Positions 22,950 to 35,996 of a stretch of DNA of 64,000 nucleotides are shown here, one piece after another. Every line of letters begins with the position of its first letter. Positions within the stretch are counted from its first letter, which is position 1. Both the position numbers and the translations under genes were made by a program. Origin of the DNA: an uncultured Rivularia sp. (lineage in GTDB: Bacteria > Cyanobacteriota > Cyanobacteriia > Cyanobacteriales > Nostocaceae); the NCBI GenBank assembly GCA_963665115.1, contig OY762007.1:6144001-6208000 (forward strand). Direction: 5' to 3'. A model generated the notes under the pieces. It searched no databases. It was given only the letters and a program-made list of their open reading frames with translations, and was not told the DNA's origin.

Positions 22950-24566
22950 TTACCTTTTACTCACATATTTATTATATCGAGTTATATTTTTACGTTTAAA
23001 TAAAACTGCACCAAAAATAGCTGATGTTAATATACCTAATATAGAAGAAGGTTCTGGAACTTTTTTAACTGGCTTGCCACCGTTAATATAATATTGTGAT
23101 TTATCCCAAACTGCTGCACCTACTTTACGTCCCAATACCCTACCGTTGATATCCCCATCCTGGAAGTGAATACCTCCGTAAAGTCTAGAAATTCCGGCTT
23201 CATCAGCAGCACTCGTAAAGGTATCCCAGCAAAGTTTTATTGGGTTGGAAGGTGTGTTGGTTTCAAAGGTAGAGGTGTTAGGTAATTGGGTATGACACGC
23301 TCCTAATTCATCGCTGTTTGTAAATTGTTTGAGTATTTCTGCACCAGCAGCGCTAAAGGTGCTGTGTCCGGATACATATTCGGCAAAGGGAGGGGTAACA
23401 AAGGATATGTCTTGGTAGGGTAGCCAGGTTGTACCATCTATCCATTGAGTACCTTTATCGGGACCAGCCCATGCATAGATTTCTTGTACGTTATTTTGTG
23501 GGTTGGTACGGACTAAGGGATGGTCGTTTGGTAATAAATTATTTGCTGCTAGGTATTGGATGGCTGTGACGGGACGGACGTAATCATAATGTTCTTTTGC
23601 ACCCCAAGCTGCAATTCCTGCATCGGATACTGCGTTACCCAAGCTAAAGAAGAGTTTGACGTTATCATCTAGGCTTAAATTATCTCTGGTGGAGACATAT
23701 TCGGCGAACAAATGCCAGTGACCTGGTGGTAGTATGGTTTGTGGTCCGTCTGCCCAGTACTCTGCAATTACTTTTTGTTCGTCTGTAAGGGAAGCGCTGT
23801 ATTCAATTACTTCCAGAGCTTGGTCTATATAGGATTGTGTACCGAATTCTGCGGGTGCTGGTGGTAGGTATTGATTCCCCGATTTTAAAGCAAAGGGGGT
23901 AACGTCTCCCCATTGCGGTGTGAGGAATTCTTGAATGTTATTGCCGTTATCTATACTAATTGGTTGCCAGTGATTGGGGTCGGTTATTTTATCCCAGGTG
24001 TTGACTGGTTTGTAATTAGTGGTGTCAGTGTAATTATTTAATTGGTTGGAGCCGTCGGTATATTTATTATTAAGTAATGTTTTAGCTGCTAAGTTACCTA
24101 TTCCTGCTGCGGTGTTTGGGTTGGTGGTTGTAGTGGTGGAATCTATTCCCAGTAGCTGCATGAGGTAAGTGAATGCGGGTTCCTGGGTGGGGAATAAGTC
24201 TAATAGCGTGGTGTATGCAGCGTAGTTGATTGCGGTGCTTTTATTTTCTAGGTTGATTTCTTGGTTTGAAACTTGGAGAGAATTGCCCAATTGAGTGCCG
24301 AAAGAAACTGGGTCGTAGGCTGCCCAGGCATCGTAAATACTGGTATTAACTAAGCCCAAAGCACGAGATGTGGGAGTGGGACCCATGTTGGTGTTGCTGA
24401 TGGCTTCTAATGTTGCTTGGTTCCACAGCAGTACGGGGTCTTCTGTGTGGAGGGAGAAGTCCATTGCTTGGGAAGGGAGGTTGAAGAGGATACTGACTGT
24501 GGAAGATAGGAATAAGAAGACTTTGAGTTTTAAGTTCTTTTGTTGAAGGGATTTTGGAGTTTTCAT
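22950..24566 (-). CDS. Secreted vanadium-dependent haloperoxidase (PAP2 superfamily) with PEP-CTERM anchor
   Basis: Signal peptide; K-x6-RP, PPFAEYVSGHS, SRLYGGIHF; C-terminal VPEPSSILG-TM-KRK. Confidence 0.9.
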   Translation of the reverse strand: MKTPKSLQQKNLKLKVFLFLSSTVSILFNLPSQAMDFSLHTEDPVLLWNQATLEAISNTNMGPTPTSRALGLVNTSIYDAWAAYDPVSFGTQLGNSLQVSNQEINLENKSTAINYAAYTTLLDLFPTQEPAFTYLMQLLGIDSTTTTTNPNTAAGIGNLAAKTLLNNKYTDGSNQLNNYTDTTNYKPVNTWDKITDPNHWQPISIDNGNNIQEFLTPQWGDVTPFALKSGNQYLPPAPAEFGTQSYIDQALEVIEYSASLTDEQKVIAEYWADGPQTILPPGHWHLFAEYVSTRDNLSLDDNVKLFFSLGNAVSDAGIAAWGAKEHYDYVRPVTAIQYLAANNLLPNDHPLVRTNPQNNVQEIYAWAGPDKGTQWIDGTTWLPYQDISFVTPPFAEYVSGHSTFSAAGAEILKQFTNSDELGACHTQLPNTSTFETNTPSNPIKLCWDTFTSAADEAGISRLYGGIHFQDGDINGRVLGRKVGAAVWDKSQYYINGGKPVKKVPEPSSILGILTSAIFGAVLFKRKNITRYNKYVSKR

Positions 24567-24923
24567 TATATTAATTGAGAAGTCAAGAGTAAAATGTTTA
24601 CAGTTAATATTGTTTTTATTTTTCGCAAAGATAGCTGATATTTATAAGTCCTAAATATTGAGAAATAAGACTACATATAAATAGGAGTGTATTGTGCTTT
24701 ATTCTAGCGATAAACGTACATTTTTTTAGTTTTGTTTAACACAATAATTTTGTTCATTAGTAATTTTATAGAACTTTAAAAAACGACTGCGTTTGAGGAT
24801 ATAAACGCAATCGCTTTTTAATTTATTCTATTTAGGCTAATTATGAAGACGCTACTTTTTGTAAGATGAAAGCATTTTGTACTTCAAAAATCGCCTCATC
24901 ACTTAAGTCCGCAGTTTTGATAA

Positions 24924-27900
24924 TTAACTAACTCGGAAACTGTAATTTACCTCTTCATTGCTGTTAGTTTGCACTGCTAAGAAATAAATTCCATCACCGG
25001 GTAAAGTTGCTTGAAAATCAAACCCTAAACTGCGGGAGGTAATAAATTGATTATCAGAATTATAAAGTACATAGGAACCACCTCTTTGACTTCCTAAATC
25101 TTCAAAGGATAATTGTTGACCTGCTGTTCCCTCGAATTTGTAAAATACGGTTTTTTGTCCAGAGTCAAGACTACCGCTAATAGTGCTGTCCAAAGTTAGG
25201 TCAATAGCAGAAGCAGTATCTAGCAATTGAAAGCTGTAATCTCCTGTTATGTTACTACTACCATCTACAATCAATTGATAAGTTCCAGTTTCTATTAAAG
25301 TGAAGGGTTGACCATTGGAAGCGGTATTAATGAAAAATACTTGCTCACCACTAGGACTAATTAAGCTAGTGTCAATTCGGGAGTTACCACTAATTCCGTC
25401 GTAGTAGAGAGTTTGACCTGCTGTTCCGCTAAAGGTGTAAATATCTTCTTCTCCTGTTTTGGAAATATTGCTATTTACTATTTCTCCTAAAGTTAATTCT
25501 GTGGTAGTGATAGAGGATGTAATTAGCGAAAAACTGTATGAGAGGGTTTCTTCGTTACTAAAACCTTGCACTGCTAAAATGTAGGTTCCATTTCCTGGGA
25601 GGATGATTTCTCTATTACTTCTAAAATTCACGGAAGTAACTGATTGATTTTCAGGACTGTAAAGTGTGAAAGAACTACCACTTTCACTTCCTTTATCCTC
25701 TAGGAAAAGTTTTTGATTTGCTGTTCCTTCAAATTTGTAGAGTTGTGTTTCTTGTCCCGGTTCTAAACTTCCACTAATAGTGCTGTCCAAAGTTAAATCA
25801 ATAGCAGAAGCAGTATCTAGCAATTGGAAGCTGTAATCTCCTGTTATGTTACTACTAGCATCCACTATTAATTGATAGGTTCCGGTTTCTAATAAAGTGA
25901 AGGGTTGGCGGTTGGAAGCGGTATTTCTGAAGGACAACACTTGCTCACCACTAGGACTAATTAAGCGAGTGTCAATTCGGGAGTCACTACTAATTCCGTC
26001 GTAGTAGAGACTTTGACCTACTGTTCCTTCAAAGGTGTAAATATCTTCTTCTCCTGGTTTGGAAATATTACTATTTACTATTTCTCCTAAAGTTAACTCG
26101 GTAGTAGTATTTTCTGATGTAGTTAGCGAAAAACTGTATGAGCGGGTTTCTCCGTTACTAAAGCCTTGTACCGCTAAAACGTAGGTTCCGTTTTCTGGGA
26201 GAGTGATTTCTCTATTACCTCTAAAATTCACAGAAGTTACTTGTTGATTTCCAGGACTGTAAAGTCTGAAAGAGCCACCACTTTCACTTCCTTTATCCTC
26301 TAAGAAAAGCTTTTGATTTTCCGTTCCTTCAAATTTGTAAAGGAAGGTTTCTTGTACGGGTTCGAGACTACCGTTAATAGTGGTATCCAAAGTTAGGTCA
26401 GTAGCATTAGCTAAATCTAGCAATTGGAAACTGTAATCTCCTGTTACGTTCGCAAAAGCATCTACAATCAATTGATAGGTTCCGGTTTCTAATAAAGCGA
26501 ACGGTTGACGGTCGGAAGCAATATTATTGTTGACAAATACTCGCTCACCACTAGGACTTATTAAGCTAGTGTCAATTCGGAGATCACCACTAATTCCGTT
26601 GTAGTAGAGACTTTGACCTACTGTTCCTTCAAAAGTGTAAATATCTTCTTCACCTGTTTTGGAAATATTGCTACTTACTATTTTCGATAAGGTTAATTCA
26701 GTAGTGTTGATTTCTGATGTAACTAAGGAAAAACTGTAATTTAAGATTTCTCTGTTACTAAAACCTTCTAGCGCTAAAACGTAGGTTCCGTTTTCTGGTA
26801 GGTTGATTTCTCTAATACGTCCAGCAACTGTAAAGATTTGTAAAGTAAGTAATTGATTGTCAGGACTGTAAAGTTTATAAAATCCACCAGTTTGACTTCC
26901 TTTATCTTCTAAGAAAAGCTTTTGATTTGCTGTTCCTTCAAATTTGTAGAGTTGTGTTTCTTGTCCGGGTTCAAGACTACCGCTAATAGTGGTATCAAAG
27001 GTTAAATCAGTAGCATTGGGTAAATCTAACAATTGGAAACTGTAATCACCTGTAATATTACCACTACCATCCACTATTAATTGATAAGTTCCGGTTTCTA
27101 GTAAAGTGAAAGGTTGAAGATTGTCAGCAGTATTTCTGTTAAACAATACTTGCTCTCCACTAGGACTAATTAAGCGAGTGTTAATTCCAAATTGACCACT
27201 AATACCGTCGTAGTAAAGACGTTGACCTGCTGTTCCTTCAAAGGTGTAAACTTCATCTTCTCCAGCTTCAAAAATACTACCCGTAACTGTTTCTCCCAAA
27301 GTTAGGGATGTAACCAGAGGACGTTTGGTAAAGTCTAAAGTAAAGTCTTCCGTTAAAGCATTACCAGCGCGGTCAGTAATAATACTAGAGTCAATTTTCA
27401 GTTGATATTTACCAGGAACTAACTCTGCTGGTGGTAATACAAACAAACTCCTTCCGGTTTCGCTGGTTTGGAATCCTTGCAAATTAACAGTAGTATCGTC
27501 ATCTCCACCGACTGCTTCATCAGCACCCAAATTCGTTAAAGTTATACCGCTCAAATCTAAGAGTTCGGTGTCAATGGGTTCGTCAAAGCGGACTGAGATA
27601 CCAGAAATATTCTTGCGTCTTCCATCAGCTTTGGGAGATGTGCTGGTAACGTTAGGTGCAAAAGTATCCGGTACTAAATTAAAGGTGAGGGTATTGGAGA
27701 TAGTGCTGTTACCACCAGTATCCGTAGCTCGAACTTGGACATCTACCCTAGTCGCTTCTGGGTCGTCATTGAGTGCTGTAGCTGTTAAATCAAATGGGAA
27801 GGAAACATCATTACTAACCACTTCACCATTAACTAAAAGTTCTACATTACGGATTTGTACGTCGTCTTCAACGTCAACTTGGATGGGAAGCGAAGAACCT

Positions 27901-30900
27901 TCCAACACTTGAATACCATCCACGTCAGCATCTAAATCTGCTTCCGGACTGGTAATTATTACCGTCGGAGCTTGACCTTGATTATCGAAACCCAGGTAGT
28001 TGATGACCTGTAACCCGCTCGAACCATCTGCTACAAAAGCAATTCCCGACGCGATCGCAATATCGTTGGTAAATCCAGGAGTATCAATTTGGGTGATAAA
28101 ATTATCCGTGTCTGCAGGGTCGCTGACGTTGTAAATTCCTAATCCTTGACCTTCAGTAGCTACTAAAGCCAAACCGGAACCGTTTAATGTCACATCCCTA
28201 GCAGTAAAGAATTGTTCTGCATTACCAATTAAAGTAGGATTGCTGGGGTCAGAAATATCAACCGTCCGCAGACCACTACCACCCAAGTAAGCAACTCCAT
28301 TACCAACAGATATACCTACAGCAGAAGAAGCAACAGAAACATTTATCTGACCTTGTACCGTTGCGGCTGTGGGATTTGTGATATCAACTACAGAGAATGT
28401 ATCGGAACCGCTGGTATAAGCGTAAAGATTATTTCCTTCCCTTGCTAAGTCGGTAACGGTACCCGAACCCGATAGAGTTAATTGTTGTAACTCATCTCCC
28501 GTCAATAGGTCAATAGCTTTGAGGTTCGTACCAACTGTTGCGTAACCGATACCGTCAACAACTTCTACTTTATTGGCAGAAATATTAACAGTTTGGCTGA
28601 GGGTTGGAAGCATGGGGTCAGATACATCTACCAATTGCAATCCACCGTTATTAGTAGCTACTGCTGCAATTTGTAAATTAGTGTCAACCGCTACATCTGT
28701 TGCATCTCCTAGTAAATCAAGTTGACCGAGGATAATGGGGTTATTGAATTGGGAAGCGTTTATAATTGCTAAACCGTGGGAACCTGTAGCGACGTAAGCG
28801 GTTTGGGTTTGGGTGTCGGTGGTTGAGCCTTTTACAGTTATTGCATTGGCTTCACCTTGTAGCGGTAAGCTGGAAATGATTCCTGTGGGGAAACCTTGTC
28901 CTCCTAGTGGGTCTAATCCTTGTTCAATTTCGGCTGTGTCGGATATTCCGTCATTGTCCGTGTCAATTTTTTCGTAATCTGTACCAATGGTAAACTCACC
29001 AAAGTCAGGGATACCATCACCATCTGCATCTGGACCACCGACCTGAGAAAGAGTTGTTGTACGTTCAGTAGAAGTACCGCTTGCACCTGATGTACCAGAA
29101 ATAATTTCAAATCTATTGGTACGAGGACTATATATGAAAAGATTAAAGTCTGTGTTAGGTGGTAATACCGTACTATATTTACCTTTCTCGTTTGTACGTC
29201 CTGTAATTTCACTTCCATTAGCCAAGACGTAACGGTAGAAAGCACGCGGGTCGTTGCCGAAACCAGATGCAGTAGAAAGTTGAGCTTCTGTGATTAATGC
29301 ATTAGACAATTGTGCTTCGCTTCTTACCGGAGAGGAATCCGTATTCAAAGATGAAGACAAGGGGGTGATATTGCTGGGTGGTAAATTGGAAGATGCTGGA
29401 GAGGGTGTAGTGCTGAGTGCTGAATTTAAAGATACTTGAGAACTGCTATCAACTTCTCTAAGGAAAATACGCGGTGAAAGCTTTAGTTGTGTGCCTACAG
29501 AAATCTCTGCAATTGGTCCAATAGTTTCATTAAAATCAACTATCGGTGTTATTAGGAAAGGATATTCATATTTACGAATTTTTATTGTTGGTGATCCAAA
29601 GAGCGTAATTTCAGGAAGCTTATGCTTTTTACACAGGAAATTCCCAACACCAAAAGGAATATTGCATATTGGGCTATTCTTGATCTGACCTGAAACTTCA
29701 GTAACAATATTAAGGGCAATATCACCACTTATCTCACCTACTGGATTAAAACCAGTACCTTTAATTTTCGCTTGAGCTTTTGCTTGTCCTTTAATTGCTG
29801 CATTTCCCACTGCATCAAAAAGCGTGTAGTCAAACTCTGGAACAAATCTAGCAACGAATTCAGAGACAGTGAATTCAAAACTTGCTGACCCACCAAAATC
29901 TAATGAATCGAATGGTTTATATTTCGGTTCCCATAATAATGATTTAAGTTTATCATCACCAGGAACTACATTTTTAAAAAAATTGTTTGATACTTGAAAC
30001 CCAAATTTTCCGGAAATCTCTAGCGGTGTCCATTCTCCATCAAAGCTAATCCCAGCTTCAAAAGTTACGTCACCCTCGTCTTCTTCTTCTTCGTCATCAT
30101 TATCATCAACATCTCCTTCATCAGTAGTACCCGGATTAGTAAAATGCCAACCTGGCGCTCTTATCCCCACTCCTTCATCAGAAACAATACTCTTCCCATC
30201 TTCACTCACCGTACCAGTACCAATAATCTCCCAATCACCAGCATCGTGATTGAAAGTCCAAATCAAACTTTTCTCACCAGGTTCTAATCCTTCCAAGTTC
30301 GGGAAAGTAACGGGTGCTGGAACATCAAAATTAGTCGCTCCACCTCCAGCTTCCCGGTTAAACCCATTTTCGTTACCTGCTTGAATCGAAATCACCAATC
30401 CAGGGTCAGAACCTGGTGGTAAAGGTGCTGGTAATCGATTTGGATCTACAGGTACAATCATCGCTTGAGTTGCGGGATTTCCTGCATCATCGGTCGCCGA
30501 ACCCGCAACAAATGTTACCTGTGTTTGCTGCCATATTTCTGGGTCAATATCGGGGAATTCTCTTTGTAAGAATTCTAAAGAAGCTTCTCCCAATCCCACA
30601 TCTGTATCTTCTGTATCCGACAATTCCACAACGTCACCCGCAGCCATTACAGGTAAGTAGACATCAAATGGTTCCCCATCCATTTCTAATTGAACTTCTT
30701 GTCCCGGTACGCTGTGGAATGCTTTTCCTAAACTCGCGTACTGAGTACCTTCTGGAGTATTATTAACCTTAGAACCATCAATATATACGTAAAAATCTGG
30801 TGCGGGAACGTCTTCTAATTTGAAGTAACCATTTTCATCAGTTACCGCAAATACATCGGGTAAAGAATCTAAGCGAATTACTACCCCTTCTAAAGGAATA

Positions 30901-33900
30901 TCAGAACCATCTTCGTTTTTGTTGTAGGAATCGTAAACATAACCCCAAACATCAGTTCCTTCAATTCTGGTTAAAGGTAAGGTAGTAAAATCAGCAGTCG
31001 CAATTCCACCAGCTATTCCATCACTATTTCCATCAATTGCAACTCCACTACGAGATTTAATTTTGTCACCATCCACAACTACCCGTACTTCTGTAGATTG
31101 GGGTAAAGGTTGGTCGTAGAAGAATGTTGCAAATTTCTCGGTGCTAGAAACAACAATTCTTCCTTCAAGTCGTTCCCCATTCGCTATTACATAGAAGGAT
31201 TCCTCATTAACCGTGCTGGGGTCAACTTTACTATTGAAGCGGACAATGGTTTCCCTGGTTAAAGCAACCATTTCCTCACCGTTTGTGGGAGAAATTGTTA
31301 CAGCAGGAGGAGCGACGGAGAAATCTAGAATCGTATTTTCAGCAATAGTATTACCTGCTAAATCTTTAATTTCTGTACCCAGAGCTAACTGATAGCTTGT
31401 TTGGGTTAATGGTGCGGCTAATGTCAATTTAGCAACTGTATTACTGATTTTTTCAATCGAAGAAATTTCTACAGTTTTACCGTCATTATCTCCACCGGAA
31501 ATAGTCAGCGTATAATTACCACTTGCAAAAGCTTCATCGGATACCGCTTCGTTGTAAGTTACTTCAAAAGATGAAGGTGTATCGATTAAATTGCTGGAAA
31601 TAATTGCTGTGGGTGGTGTTGTATCTACCACTCCAATATTGACGTTTATTTCACTACTGCTGGTATTTCCTGCTAAATCAGTAGAAGTAATAGTCAAAGT
31701 TTGAGAACCATTACTCAAACCAGTTAAATCCAATTCAACATCAAATTCCCCATTATCGGTAACGGGAACTGTAATTTCAGAACCACCACTAAATTGATAA
31801 GTTAAACTCGCAATTTCAGAACCAGTTCCATCCAAACTACCAGTTAATTTTGCACCTTCGGTTAAAATTTCACTAGCGCTAGGGTTATTAACTGTTAAAG
31901 CAGGTAATTGAGTATCTAGAGTAAATTGAAATTCTAGAACTTCAGAAACATTACCAACCGCATCAGTAGCAATTAATTTAAGAGTATGTTCACTTTCATT
32001 TAAATCAGCATCACCATTAATTTCTCTGAGTTTCGCAGCGTCAAAGGAGAAACTACCATCCGGTTGTAAATCAGCTAATACATCGACAAAGTTTTCTGTA
32101 GCTGTATCGTCAAATTCTGCTTGGAAGGAAGTAATTTGACTGCTATCTGTTATGCTTCCAGAAACTTCGGGATTATTAGTAATTTTATCGCTATCGCTGC
32201 TTCCGGTATCTGTTGTTAAAGAAGCTGTAATTATAGGAGCGGTCGTATCTTCCTCACCTAAATTTATATTGACACTAATTTCATTACTGTTTGTATTTCC
32301 TGCTAAATCGGTAGTAGTAACAGTTAAAGTTTGAGTACCATTACTCAATCCCGTTAAATCCAACTCAACATCAAACTCACCATTTTCGTTAACGGGGACA
32401 GTTACCGCATCACCACCGCTAAATTGATAACTTAAATTAGCAATTCCAGAACTAATTTCATCTAACTTACCCGTGAGTCTCACACCTTTGCTAAGAACGG
32501 AATCTGTAAGCGGACTGGTAATATTTAACTGTGGTGCTACAGTATCAACAGTAAATTCTAAAGCTTCGGAAGCAGTACTTGTATTACCTGCTGCATCCGT
32601 TACTTTCGCAGTAATTGACTGGACTCCATCAGCTAAAGCAACAGTAGTTATTTCCCAAGGACTATTTACTGTGGTTTCTCCAACAAGTTCTCCACCATTA
32701 AATAACTCAACCTTGCTTCCAGATTCCGCTTCCCCGGTAATCGTAGGAGTATTATCGTTAGTAACGCTTCCGTCTACTCCAGATAAGCTTAATTTTGTCG
32801 CTGCTTCCGTCTGTGTATCTAAGTTAAAAGCAAACGTTTCTGTATCTAAGACGTTACCAGAACTATCTTCTGCTTGCAGCGTTAAAGTGCGATCGCCATC
32901 TGGTAAAGAACCATTATTAATCTGTTCTAACTTGTCCTTATCTAAGGAAAAAGAACCATCCGATTTTAAAGAATCTGAAATATCAACTAAACCATTAAAT
33001 CCAGCTTTGAAACTAGCAACCTGACTTGGATTGCTAATACTTCCACTTAAACTTGGGGTCGTTGGTAATCCCATCATTTGGACTAGAACCGGTATCGTTA
33101 ACTAAACCGATGCTAATTTCACTTGGTTCGTCAAAAGAATTATTCGTTTGAGCAAATTCGATTAACTCACCTCCCAATGGAGTTTCATACCAAGGATTAT
33201 CAGTATTAACTACATCAATCAAAGGAGTTGCTTTACCTGCTGCACCTTTGACATGGAAAATAATATCGTTGTAATCAGCGTCGGAGTTTTTATCTAAACG
33301 TAAATCCTCAATCCCAAACACACCACCGTCAACTGTACCATCCAATAATTGCATCATCTGAGTTGCATTACCGGGGTTAGCTGATGCTATGGAAAATAAA
33401 GGACGTTTATCACCATCTATTCCGGGATTATCAAATACATCTTGTACCTTACCCTGGGGAACCAGCATAAAAGCGAATTCATCCCCAGGATTCATCGAAA
33501 AACTTTTAATTCCCGAATAATTACCCGCGTTTTTATCGCTTTCTCCTAATTCTCCGGTAATTTTCGCTCCCTCGGAATCATCAGTAATGATAATATAACC
33601 GGACTCCGAATTGCTCAAAGCACGACTTGCAGTTTCTTTTATATATTCGGAGGAACCAGCAGTTAATCCCTCCATCCCAGCAAGACTGAAAACAGCGAAT
33701 TCACTCTTGTAACTACCAGCATCGAAGAGAAAATCAATAGTGAATTCACCAGTCGTGTTAACTGTAAATATTCCAGTTTCTAATGATTCTAAAGTTTTAC
33801 TTAAAGCAGCTTTTGGCTGTAAATTACCAATTAAAGGGTCAATAGAACCATCGCTGTTCAAACTACTCAAATTAATCGGAGCAATTTCAGAATCAGATAT

Positions 33901-34095
33901 TTCTCCCCTAAAATCTTCTTCCAAGGTAAGGGGAGTAATTTGGTTATTATCAAGCAATGAGTCTTGAAAGCTTCCGTCTGTGCTAGTATCCAGAGCTAAA
34001 ATATCGTTGTTTAAAAGGTTATTACCTGGTAACTGTGTATTTCCGGAAATATCGAAACCTTCAAAATATGGTACGGAGTTTTCTAGATTATCCAT
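24924..34095 (-). CDS. Giant surface protein (~3050 aa): DUF4114-like, Ig-like repeats, LVIVD repeats, PPC-like repeats; +1 frameshift at about 33055-33058
   Basis: FGIEDL..D.DYNDIIF; DTTAP/TDLAGN Ig repeats; LVIVD-type repeats; removing one base gives NDGITNDPSLSGSI and joins the two ORFs. Confidence 0.85.
24930..27310 (-). repeat. Four ~600-bp tandem repeats encoding paired PPC-like domains
   Basis: Sequence at 25441, 26041 and 26641 is near-identical, with a 600-bp period. Confidence 0.9.
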
Positions 34096-34964
34096 TATTT
34101 TTTAATAAATATTATTGGGTTATCGCTGTAGAAGATTTCGACAAATACAACCTGTTTTCGTATTACGGACTTACGAAAAAGTTATAAAGCGATAAATTTT
34201 CTCTACTAATAACGAAAAAGGGAATTACTCCTTTACACAGTAATGAAAGGGAACTAATATTAGTTCTCTCAAACTTATAATCAGAAAAAATTAATACAAT
34301 CTCAGCCAAGATTAAAAAGAAAATAATCCTGACAACCAAATGAAATAATTAAATAACAGACATCATAATCACTCAAAACTACCTAAAATATTTATCAGTA
34401 GTTTTAATTTAATTGAACTATGTTACCAATCAAAATTTACATTCATCAGTTTGATATGTATCACTTTTAAATGAAAGTATCTTTTTTAACTTTTTACATT
34501 TATTTATTTACTATAAATAGAGAATAATGAATAATTCTAAAAATAAGCTAGAGAATGTAGACTAATCGGTATTTTTACCCATAAAGAGTTTTCTTGAAGC
34601 GATGGAAGTATGAATATATCTGATGTAGCTGTCACCGGTTGATGATGTTTAGGGAATAGTTTCTTCAATTTTTATTAGCGTATTCGGAATAATTTTACTC
34701 CTGATGGAAATGTGGATTTTGCAAACGTAGTTAAGTCATCTCTTAAGATAGAATACAACTACGCTGAAACTACATAATTCCAGAGGTTATTTTAGGCGGG
34801 TTTATTAATTACACAGCCATATTATCCGAAATGATAATATGGTAAAAAATTAAAATTGTCACTGCAAGCATTACAGCACCATTCGGCATTGTCGTGATGC
34901 GAAGGTTATCCACCGAGGCTGTAGTTTTGCACTGCATCAATAATAAGTATATACAAATACTTTA

Positions 34965-35996
34965 TAGCGTTTCTCAATCTAGTGAAGTACAGTAACAGCA
35001 ATGGGTAAACCAATTAAAAATATCTTTTAAGGAGACTTGGCTGAAAGCAGTATCAATGGCTTTTGCTAAATCTGGATAATTTCTAGCACCAATAGAACGT
35101 AGTATATTCTTAACCTTTGACCAACAATTTTCAATTGGCGAAAAATCAGGAGAATAAGGTGGTAAATAAATTAATTTAGCTCCAGCCGATTCAATTAATT
35201 TTTCAATCTGTGTACCTTTATGAATTGAACAATTGTCCATGATTACATAAGCATCTTCCCAAAGTTTTGGAACTAACTTTTGAGAGATATAAGCTTCAAA
35301 TGTGAGACCATCAGTTGCACCTAAAATACTATATTGACTAATTAAACCATTTAGACCTATTGCACCAATCATAGAAACATTTTGACTGCGTTTTTGAGGT
35401 CGAGAACTGTATGCTCTTTTACCTTTTTGTGCGCGAGCATGATTCCTTATTAAAGATAAATTGGCTCCTGCCTCGTCAAGGAATATAAGGTTTTCAGCAG
35501 ATACTCCATTAAGAAGGTTGCCAGAACTGAACTCTTAATAGCTGAACTCTTTCAGTATCTTTTTCATCAGCATGTAATGTTTTTTTTAAAGCGAATTTCC
35601 ATTCTTTTTAAGATTCTATCTACTGTAGAAATACTAATTTTTATCCCAGTCTTCTCACTAAGTTGCTCACGAATCTCCGATAAAGTAGCATCATTCTTAG
35701 CTTCTACTATTTCTTTCAGAATATTCAATTGTTGTTCATTTAGTTTTGATGGAGTTTGTTGGGTTCTTACTAAGGGAGCTATATTTCCCGTTTCTCTGTA
35801 TCGTTTGAGTAATTTTTCAATAAAGCTTAAAGTTACACAAAATCTTTTTGCTAATTGACGTTGTGATATTCCGCCTAGCTTATATGTATCAACTATTTTT
35901 TGGCGTAAGTCTATAGAATATGCTTTCATTCTTACCCTGGAATTAAGATGCACACTTTATTTTATTTAGTGTACTTCATTAGACCGAGAAAGGCTA
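34965..35996 (-). mobile_element. IS630-family element, copy 1 (1032 bp)
   Basis: Ends TAGCGTTTCTC / GAGAAAGGCTA, TA flanks; MKAYSIDLRQK, FLDEAG, MDN, YSPDFSPIE; A-run slippage site. Confidence 0.95.

Noticed and set aside
24930..27310. DGR template/variable repeats
   Set aside because: Coding tandem domain repeats; differences not restricted to adenines; no DGR RT
27568..33967. Plus-strand ORFs within the giant gene, and similar antisense ORFs in the BREX, NACHT and IS genes
   Set aside because: Shadow ORFs opposite well-supported genes
34100..34960. Long AT-rich intergenic region as an ncRNA or array
   Set aside because: No repeat or structure recognised; probably the promoter region of the giant gene
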